Of a stretch of DNA of 64,000 nt, positions 27,306-34,307 are shown one piece after another. Source of the DNA: an uncultured Nitrososphaerales archaeon (lineage in GTDB: Archaea; Thermoproteota; Nitrososphaeria; Nitrososphaerales; Gagatemarchaeaceae); assembly GCA_963706445.1 (NCBI GenBank), contig OY970160.1:1753758-1817757 (forward strand). The letters are read 5' to 3'. The notes beneath the pieces were generated by a model that had not been told where the DNA came from, ran no database searches, and saw only the letters and a list, made by a program, of their open reading frames with translations. The position numbers were made by a program, and so were the translations under genes. Within the stretch, counting starts at the first letter, position 1. Each line of letters starts with the position of its first letter.

Positions 27306-27836
27306 TTATCTCTCTATGATTTTGGTCCAGAGCTCGGGCGTGGCTTCCTGGGCCAGAAGGTGAAGCGTGGTAGCTAGCTCTCTGATTTCCCATTGGGCCT
27401 GGAGGGCAGTCCTCTGCCAGACCAGGTGCATGAGGCTCCTTGCGTTCAGGGTCATCACTAGCTTCGTCTTGATCGCGCTCGGGAGGATGTACCTTGCGTC
27501 CTCCTTGGGGACCCCTGCCGCGACCATCTTCTCGTAGGCCGCGTACACCATCTTGAGGGCCTCGTCGTAGGCCTTGTAGGCCGCCTCGTTTGTTTTGATG
27601 CTCGAGGGCATGACGACCCCCTCCTTGGTGGCCGCTGAGAACCGCTGCGACTCTTGGTCGTACGACACCGCCCTGTGTCTCACCAACTGGTGCGTGGTGA
27701 CCCTGCTGCAATCCTCAATCTCGAACATGTAGTTGACGTGATCCATCATGGCCTCCGGGTCGAACTGGACCCCTTCCCTGGCCAGCACCGACTTGATGGC
27801 GCCGAGATCAGTGTGATAGAGGAGCTTAACTCGCAT
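27306..27836 (-). CDS. thyX: FAD-dependent thymidylate synthase ThyX with shortened N-terminus
   Basis: SR...HQLVRHR..SYDQESQR, EDARYILP, NARSL, AQWEIR; ATG at 27836. Confidence 0.92.
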   Translation of the reverse strand: MRVKLLYHTDLGAIKSVLAREGVQFDPEAMMDHVNYMFEIEDCSRVTTHQLVRHRAVSYDQESQRFSAATKEGVVMPSSIKTNEAAYKAYDEALKMVYAAYEKMVAAGVPKEDARYILPSAIKTKLVMTLNARSLMHLVWQRTALQAQWEIRELATTLHLLAQEATPELWTKIIER

Positions 27837-28269
27837 TGACCCTCTCTCCGAAAGCAAGCTCGCTGAAGATTGGACAGACGGCCCTGCCTTCAAGCTCGTT
27901 CACGACCATCCCTGCAAACGACCTGCCCCTGGAATCCCTCCAGAGCTCCACAAGGGTCCTGGCGTTCATGGTCACCAGCCAGTCCGCCTCCTTGAGGCGG
28001 GTCACGCGCAGGTAGGGGAAGTTCCGGACGAGCCCGCTTACTTCCGCCTCCCCCGCCCCCTCGACCAGCAGGGTCAGAGTGAAGTGCTCGAGGACGTCGA
28101 GGGACTTGTCCTGCATGGCCTTCGTCAGCAGGTACCTCCAGTACTCGGCTCCCTTCTGCTCCAGCTCCGCCTCGATTTCCTCGATTGGCTTGGTGCTGTA
28201 GCACCTCCTCATGGCGACGGCGATGGTGCGCTCCGGGTTCGGACTGGTCCAGACCAGTATGACTTTCAT
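27826..28269 (-). CDS. Degenerate ThyX paralog lacking the RHR motif
   Basis: MKVILVWTSPNPERTIAVAMRRCYS, SLDVLEH, TMNARTL; overlaps the thyX start by 11 nt. Confidence 0.75.
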   Translation of the reverse strand: MKVILVWTSPNPERTIAVAMRRCYSTKPIEEIEAELEQKGAEYWRYLLTKAMQDKSLDVLEHFTLTLLVEGAGEAEVSGLVRNFPYLRVTRLKEADWLVTMNARTLVELWRDSRGRSFAGMVVNELEGRAVCPIFSELAFGERVNAS

Positions 28270-28328
28270 CCTGTCTTTGCTTCCTGACAGCGCATTCGAT
28301 TTAAACGTGGGCTCCGAAAAGCCGGGTC

Positions 28329-29096
28329 GTGGCAAGACGAACTAGGCCCACTGTGGGGGCTGGATTCAACGTTGGGCCGAAAGGAGCCACGGGCTGCGTA
28401 ATCGTCTTTCACGAAGTGTGGGGCCTAGTGGAGCACACCGAGGACGTCTGCAAACGGCTCGGTAAACTGGGGTTTGCAGCCACCGCGCCCAACCTGTACA
28501 AGGAGCACAGAGACCTGCTGACTCCGGACAACATCCAGAAGGCGATGGAGGCGCTCTGGGAGCTTTCTCTGGAGGAGAGGAGGGACAGGGCCAAGGTGCA
28601 GCAGGCTCTGGACAAGAAGCATGCCAGTGGGGAGGTGAGGCAGACTGCTGCTACGATCTACGAGCCGACCTTCAGGGACAGGATGCTGGACGACGCCGTG
28701 GCCGAGGTGGAGCGGGCGCATTCGAAGTTTGCCAGAGTCGCGACGCTGGGTTTCTGCCTTGGCGGAGGCCTGTCCCTCAAGTGTGCCACCAGGAGCCGGC
28801 ACATGACGTCAGCAATCAGCTTCTACGGCATGCCTCCGGCCACGGAGGACGTCCCGAAGATATCCATCCCGATTCTTGACATCCACGCATACCAGGATGA
28901 GCTCATCAACAAGAGCGTCCCCGCCTGGGTGGGCGCGATGCTCGACGGAGGGAAGGACCTGACACTGAAGACATATCCGCGGACCGCCCACGGCTTCTTC
29001 AACGACACCAGAAAGGAGGTGTACAACCACTCCGCCGCGAGCGAGGCCTGGGGCATCACGAGGTGGTTCCTTGAAAGAACACTCGCAAGACACTGA
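28329..29096 (+). CDS. Dienelactone hydrolase family protein
   Basis: HEVWGL, GFCLGG, FYG, D, HGFFND. Confidence 0.92.
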   Translation: MARRTRPTVGAGFNVGPKGATGCVIVFHEVWGLVEHTEDVCKRLGKLGFAATAPNLYKEHRDLLTPDNIQKAMEALWELSLEERRDRAKVQQALDKKHASGEVRQTAATIYEPTFRDRMLDDAVAEVERAHSKFARVATLGFCLGGGLSLKCATRSRHMTSAISFYGMPPATEDVPKISIPILDIHAYQDELINKSVPAWVGAMLDGGKDLTLKTYPRTAHGFFNDTRKEVYNHSAASEAWGITRWFLERTLARH

Positions 29097-29196
29097 GCTG
29101 ATTGACTGCTTCGTCACCTGGAGCTACATCGTGGAGCGCTCCAAGAAGAAGACCCCCTCAAAGGAATAAATCCTGTAGAGGGTGGGCACTCCTCGG

Positions 29197-29326
29197 GCCG
29201 GGGTGGCAGAGTGGTTAATGCGCGGGCAACCCGCCAGGTTGCGAAGCGGGTCCGCAACTCGAGATCAAAGACCAGTCAGCCCGTGACCTTCGGGTCGCGT
29301 GGGTTCGAATCCTACCCCCGGCGCCA
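29197..29326 (+). tRNA. tRNA-Ser(CGA), two introns (31/32: 29228-29257; 37/38: 29264-29277), encoded CCA
   Basis: Acceptor GCCGGGG/CCCCGGC, G73, long variable arm, anticodon CGA at 29260-29262, BHB-type motifs. Confidence 0.88.
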
Positions 29327-29533
29327 CGATAACTCGCCGATCGGAGGCCAGTAGGTTGCCCATCGAAGAAGACGCCAAATATCCGAGGCTCGTCAGACTC
29401 CTCAACATCGGAGTCCTGGTCGGAGGGGATTTGACCAGAGTCACCGCGGACATGGGAGGAGAGACCACCGTTCTTCGCGTGGGGCTCTACATAGCTTGGA
29501 GATACAGATAGTGACGGGGACTAGATTGGTCGC

Positions 29534-29890
29534 TTAGGCAGTCTTGAACGACTCGCCGCATCCACAGGTAGAAACCGCATTGGGATTGTCCACGACGAAC
29601 CCCCCACCCATCAACTTCTCAGACCTGTAGTCCAAGATAGACCCGGCGATGAACGGCGCACTAGACCTGTCCACGACTACCTTCGCGCCGCCTACGTCGA
29701 TCACAAAATCATCATCCGAGACCTTCTCGTCCACGACCATCCCATAGGACAGCCCCGAGCACCCACCCGCAGTGACGAAGATCCTGAGCGCTGCGCCTGG
29801 CTTCCCCTGCCTTTGGAGATAGAGCCTGAGCTCACCCGTGGCCTTCTCGGTGAGCTGTACTATCGGCTTGATCTCCGTGCCCTGGCTCAT
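29534..29890 (-). CDS. HesB/IscA-family Fe-S assembly protein
   Basis: GGCSGLSY, NPNA.STCGCGESF. Confidence 0.94.
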   Translation of the reverse strand: MSQGTEIKPIVQLTEKATGELRLYLQRQGKPGAALRIFVTAGGCSGLSYGMVVDEKVSDDDFVIDVGGAKVVVDRSSAPFIAGSILDYRSEKLMGGGFVVDNPNAVSTCGCGESFKTA

Positions 29891-29932
29891 TTGCAATGAG
29901 ACAACCTCTTCTCCCGTATAAAAACTAACACT

Positions 29933-30412
29933 TCAGACGACGAGCTTCTGGGCCGCTTTCATGACCTCCGCATATGGAGGCTCTTCCGAGGGCGCATCGG
30001 TGACCCACCTGTACCTGAGCATCCCCCTTCTGTCCACGACAAAGACCGCCCGCTTGGCCACTCCCTTGTAGCCCAGGTCCACCCACGGGTCCTGCAGGAC
30101 CCCGTACAGCTTCGTTGTCTTCTTGTTGAAGTCGCTCAGGAGTGGGAACTGTAGATTGTAGGTCTGGGTGAAGGCCATCAAAGAATAGGAGCTGTCGACG
30201 CTTATGCCGACCACTTGGACCCCTGCGCCCTGCAACTGTCCGAACCCATCCCTGAAGGCGCACATTTCCTTGTCACACGGCCCGGAGAACGCGAACGGGA
30301 AGAATGCGATGATCACGGGCCCCTGCCTGATGAACTCCCCCAGCGAGCGCATCTTTTGGTCGGCATCAGGGAGGGCGAACTCAGGGACCTTCTGGCCCAG
30401 CCTAAGCGCCAC
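29933..30412 (-). CDS. Peroxiredoxin (BCP/AhpE-like)
   Basis: FFPFAFSGPCDKEMC, GISVDS, LLSDF, RAVFVVD. Confidence 0.92.
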   Translation of the reverse strand: MALRLGQKVPEFALPDADQKMRSLGEFIRQGPVIIAFFPFAFSGPCDKEMCAFRDGFGQLQGAGVQVVGISVDSSYSLMAFTQTYNLQFPLLSDFNKKTTKLYGVLQDPWVDLGYKGVAKRAVFVVDRRGMLRYRWVTDAPSEEPPYAEVMKAAQKLVV

Positions 30413-30443
30413 GAACGCGAAACATCGAGGTTCCGATTTAAGG

Positions 30444-30779
30444 CTACTTCTGTGGAATCTTCTGCAGCAGTTCGAAATATCTCGCGGCGAGGGACACCAG
30501 CTGTTCCTGCTTCGCGACGTCCTTCTCTGCCCCTAAGGCCGTAATGGTTTCGTTGAGCCTGGCCAGGAGGACGTCCCTCATGTGAGCGACCACAGTATCA
30601 AACGACACGGTCGCAACTGTCATGATCGAGGAAAGGTCGTCGTGGCTGGTGCAGTAAATCTTCCCGCGGTACCTGACCTGGATGCCGCCATCCTGGGGGC
30701 ACGGTTCTGCCAGCACGGTCGCACCCCTGCTCACAAGCTCAGCTGCCAGCTTCATCTTGTTTCTAGAGGCGCCGCTCAA
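30444..30779 (-). CDS. UPF0148/SSSCA1-family zinc-finger protein
   Basis: AAELVSRGATVLAEPCP..G..C..H plus helical C-terminus; start approximate. Confidence 0.8.
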   Translation of the reverse strand: MSGASRNKMKLAAELVSRGATVLAEPCPQDGGIQVRYRGKIYCTSHDDLSSIMTVATVSFDTVVAHMRDVLLARLNETITALGAEKDVAKQEQLVSLAARYFELLQKIPQK

Positions 30780-30877
30780 TGGCCCGGCCACCGGTCCGGT
30801 CGTATAAAAGACGGCTCGCTGCGAAAACCACTTAATACCACGAAATTGAAGTACCATTTCGTACCGGGGTTATCTCA

Positions 30878-31162
30878 ATGAGCGCTAAACTCAAGAAGCA
30901 GCAGGAGAACGATGCGAAGCTCGCGAAGGCGGTATTGAGCCTCCAACAGATCTCCGACTCGAACATCACCCCACGCAACATCAGGAAGATTGTGAAGGAT
31001 TCGGTCATGATGCTCCAGGACGCCAAGCAGAGCGTCGCCGTCAGGGCTGCAAACGCTATCAGCCTCCTCGACGACGTCGCCCAGGACCCGAACATGCCCT
31101 CGTTCGCAAGGGTCACGCTCTGGTCGGCGGTCTCTGAGTTGGAATCGATTCGCGAACAATAG
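30878..31162 (+). CDS. UPF0147-family protein
   Basis: DSNITPRNIRK, RAANAIS.LD...DPNMP..R..LW..S.LE. Confidence 0.92.
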   Translation: MSAKLKKQQENDAKLAKAVLSLQQISDSNITPRNIRKIVKDSVMMLQDAKQSVAVRAANAISLLDDVAQDPNMPSFARVTLWSAVSELESIREQ

Positions 31163-31232
31163 GCTCTCCGCCGAAGTTTCTGTCCTAGCCCGGGCAAAGC
31201 TTTAACACATTCTCACGAGCCGCACGAGGCGA

Positions 31233-31658
31233 TTGCCAAACTGCCCGAAATGCGGGAATAAGGAATCTATGCCCACAAGGACATTCAACGTGATCGTCGA
31301 GCCCTCCAAAGGGGAGCGCGGGATGACGGAGCGCAGGGTGGGGATGTACACCTGCGAGAAGTGCGGGACGAAGTTCCCGACTGTGATAAGCAAACAGAGG
31401 TACCTCATAGTCGCAGAAGAGCAGCTGAAATCGATTCAGGAGGAGCTCAGCTCGGTGAAGAAGGGGAACGAGGACCTGAACACGAAGGTCCAGGGGATGG
31501 CGCAGCAGCAGAGGGAGCTTGAGGGCGCCATGGACAGGGCGGCGAAGGAAAACGAACTCAAACGCCTGCAGGCAAAGCTAGCTGAGCTGGAGGATTTCGT
31601 GGGTTACCTAAGAAAAGAAAAGGGCGAACTCGAGCAGAAGGCTTCCAGGCTCCGGTAG
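31233..31658 (+). CDS. Zn-ribbon (Cren7-like) domain plus coiled-coil protein
   Basis: CPKCG..P..TF...P..G.....VG.Y.CEKCG.KF, then an approximately 80-aa heptad region. Confidence 0.7.
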   Translation: MPNCPKCGNKESMPTRTFNVIVEPSKGERGMTERRVGMYTCEKCGTKFPTVISKQRYLIVAEEQLKSIQEELSSVKKGNEDLNTKVQGMAQQQRELEGAMDRAAKENELKRLQAKLAELEDFVGYLRKEKGELEQKASRLR

Positions 31659-31660
31659 AC

Positions 31661-31942
31661 CTAGATACCTTCGGTCCCAGCAGGCGGAAGAGTGTAGCCC
31701 GCCTCGGCTTCGTAAGACGCGGCCTTCTCTTCCAACACAGCCTTCTCCGTGCGGAGCGCCTGCACTTCGCTTTCTAGGGCCTTGGCAGACTTCTCCAACT
31801 CGAAGTTGGCTATTTTTTCCTTCAGGGATGCGACGTCGGCAAGGAGCGAGGCCTTCTCGGCCTCGAACGACCTTATCTTCTCCTCGAGTTCTGTCCTCTG
31901 GTCAGCGTATTCAGTAACCACTTCCATGGTTGTCGAGGTCAC
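31661..31942 (-). CDS. Small coiled-coil protein
   Basis: Continuous heptads with an internal repeat (FEAEKASL / LRTEKAVL). Confidence 0.7.
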   Translation of the reverse strand: MTSTTMEVVTEYADQRTELEEKIRSFEAEKASLLADVASLKEKIANFELEKSAKALESEVQALRTEKAVLEEKAASYEAEAGYTLPPAGTEGI

Positions 31943-32053
31943 AGGTTCTGGGCGTCTAATTCTCTGACAAAACTAAAAACAACTGACAACATCGTAAACG
32001 CGATTAAATCGCGACACGCAGGATTTATGAATCGAGTTCAATCTACCCGAATC

Positions 32054-32455
32054 ATGAACAAGGGGCTCTGGGTCTGGCCTTCCGACCCCAGAGGGCAGAG
32101 GAGGACCCTGTGGCTGGTCGCATCCTCTCCACATCTGATGGCGGGTCTGATTGCCCTCGGTAAGAGCAAAGAGGGGATGAGCAACGCAGAGGTGGACGAG
32201 GCGATCAAAGACAACTCAGAATGGACCACCCTCTGGGTGATCAGGCAGCTCACCTCACTTGGTTTCGTAGAGTTCAAAGTTGATTTCTTCGGGAACCCTG
32301 CTAGGTATCAGTTAAACGAAGCCGGCCGCTCGGCCCTGGCGACGCTGACGGGCCAGCCGCCTCCGAAGCCTCCAGCCCCAGCGGCCCAACCTGCTCCAGC
32401 TCCGGCGCCCGCACCGGCTTCTGTGCCCCAACAGGCTCCTCCGAAGCCTCTCTGA
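32054..32455 (+). CDS. Winged-helix protein with Pro/Ala-rich tail
   Basis: RQLTSLGFVE...YQLNEAGR winged-helix end; PAPA tail. Confidence 0.7.
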   Translation: MNKGLWVWPSDPRGQRRTLWLVASSPHLMAGLIALGKSKEGMSNAEVDEAIKDNSEWTTLWVIRQLTSLGFVEFKVDFFGNPARYQLNEAGRSALATLTGQPPPKPPAPAAQPAPAPAPAPASVPQQAPPKPL

Positions 32456-32608
32456 CTCCCAGTAGATTCACTACGCGGTCTTGTATCCCAAAGGGCGATT
32501 ACGCCCTCATGATGGCCATCGAGACCATTCATGTCCCTGAAGCATGCAATTCTCAGATTGTCAAACTAGGGGAAGCCATTCTTCTGCGAAGTCTGCAACT
32601 ACGCTTTT

Positions 32609-32696
32609 TGGTGCGGGGGGAGGGATTCGAACCCTCGAACCCCTAAGGGATGAGGTCCTGAGCCTCACGCCGTTGACCAGGCTGGGCGACCCCCGC
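32609..32696 (-). tRNA. tRNA-Leu(CAG), no intron, encoded CCA
   Basis: GCGGGGG acceptor, TGAGG-CTCAGGA-CCTCA anticodon arm, long variable arm, GGTTCGAATCC. Confidence 0.95.
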
Positions 32697-32830
32697 GTCG
32701 TCCCCGCGAACCCAAACTTCGGTTTAAGAACATTGAACCGTCTCATCACTTTCGCCCGCCTCTCTCTTGTCCAAAGCCGTCCCTCGTCCATCCCGCGTTA
32801 AATTGCCGCAAAAGATGATGCGCCCATACA

Positions 32831-33775
32831 ATGGCCAGACTGCATTATCTCTACGAACAGGCGGAAGAAGGGGCGACGAAATTCGTCTACTACTGCTCGA
32901 GCTGCAACTGCGTCCTGCGGGTCAGGCGGGACCTCGGGCCAGCCAGCGAGACCATCAACTCGCTCAGCGGACGCTGCAAGGGGTGCGGACGCCCCCTCGA
33001 AGGGAGCATCGAGTGCAGGCTCGCCCCCGTCCCCGAGGACTGGTCTGACGTCTTCCTGAACACCGCTCTGCCGCAGACGAAGAAGGTGGTGTTCCAGCGG
33101 GCATCGTCGATTCCACACTTCTCCCTGGGGTTCCCCAGGCTCGACTCCCTGCTGCGGCCCTTCTCTGAGGGACGCATGATCATGCTCAGCGGAGCGACGT
33201 CGTCGGTGGTCGCCGAGCTGGCGGCCTTCAGGGCCCAGCTCCCCATCGAAGCGGGGGGCCTCGATTCGGTGGTGCTTTTCATCGACGGCGGGAACCGCTC
33301 CGACCCGTATCTCTTTTCCTCCTTCGCAAGGCAGAGGGGCCTCAAACCGATGGTGGCGATGCGGCGCGTGGCTTCTTGCCGGGTCTTCACCTTCTACCAG
33401 CTCGCAGCCCTCGTCTCCGAGCACCTGGTGCGCGCGGTCCAGGACTACGGGACGAGGCTGGTCGTCATCAGCGACATCCTCGGCACCTTCAACGAGCCGG
33501 AACTTGAGGAAAGGGAGGCGAGGCGGGTCCTGGGGGCCGTCGAGGAGGGGATCGAGAAGGTCAAGAGGCACGCGCTCGTGATGGTGACCCAGGCGTCCCC
33601 CAACAAGTACGACGGCGCAGTGGCTTCCTGGGCCGACGCCATCGTCCGTCTCTCTCCCGACGGGGACAGGGTCAGGGCCGAGGTCACCAGCCACAGGAAC
33701 AGGCTTCCGGGGGAGACGACCTTCAAGCTCAAACAGCTCCTCAGGGCCACCAGCACCACCGGGGCGTCCCACTGA
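32831..33775 (+). CDS. Zn-ribbon plus probably inactive RadA/RecA-fold protein (ImuA-like)
   Basis: CxxC..CxxC; SLGFPRLDSLL, AQLP...GGL...VLFIDGGN; Walker A degenerate (SGATSSV). Confidence 0.85.
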   Translation: MARLHYLYEQAEEGATKFVYYCSSCNCVLRVRRDLGPASETINSLSGRCKGCGRPLEGSIECRLAPVPEDWSDVFLNTALPQTKKVVFQRASSIPHFSLGFPRLDSLLRPFSEGRMIMLSGATSSVVAELAAFRAQLPIEAGGLDSVVLFIDGGNRSDPYLFSSFARQRGLKPMVAMRRVASCRVFTFYQLAALVSEHLVRAVQDYGTRLVVISDILGTFNEPELEEREARRVLGAVEEGIEKVKRHALVMVTQASPNKYDGAVASWADAIVRLSPDGDRVRAEVTSHRNRLPGETTFKLKQLLRATSTTGASH

Positions 33776-34044
33776 TGGGGAGGACCATACCTTCTTTCAG
33801 GATAGCCGAAGCCCAGGAGGTCGCCGAATGGCGGATGTTCAGGAAGGCCCTCCCGAAGGACGACCGAGCGGCCTTCGACGAAATGCTCAGCTCCGCGAGG
33901 CTCTACACATCTGCGTCCTCTTCCGCCGTCAGGGCTTCGAGGTTCGAAGGGATGGCCATGGCGATAATCTTCCACCACTACAGGAGGCTCATGCGGTCCG
34001 TGGGCGCGGCATCCCAGATCAGGCGCAGAGGGGAAACCCCATGA
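33775..34044 (+). CDS. PolB2-associated small helical protein, copy 1
   Basis: MGRTIPSFR...EW..FRKAL..DR..FDEM; translationally coupled. Confidence 0.82.
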   Translation: MGRTIPSFRIAEAQEVAEWRMFRKALPKDDRAAFDEMLSSARLYTSASSSAVRASRFEGMAMAIIFHHYRRLMRSVGAASQIRRRGETP

Positions 34045-34307
34045 CCCTCTCGGACGGGGAGATTATAGAGGAGCTCGACAGCTGGGAGCGCTTCGCCGAC
34101 GCCCTCCGGGCCGAGGACAGGGCGCTCTTCAAAGAGATGATGCGGCTCTGCTACGAGTACTTCCCCGCCATCCAGGCCAGGGACTCCCCCTTCCTGGCCG
34201 AGGCCCTCTTCATGGCCCTGCTGCTGGTGCAGCACAAGACCATAGTCTGGCTGGCGTCCGAAGTCGAGAGACTGAAGGCCGAAAGCGATGCACGGCTGGA
34301 TACTTGA
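34041..34307 (+). CDS. PolB2-associated small helical protein, copy 2
   Basis: E...W..F..ALRAEDRALFKEM...LFMALLL.QHK; ATGA overlap with copy 1. Confidence 0.8.
   Translation: MTLSDGEIIEELDSWERFADALRAEDRALFKEMMRLCYEYFPAIQARDSPFLAEALFMALLLVQHKTIVWLASEVERLKAESDARLDT

Noticed and set aside
29330-29511. Short ORF after tRNA-Ser
   Set aside because: No recognisable motif or promoter; could be a gene remnant but is unsupported.
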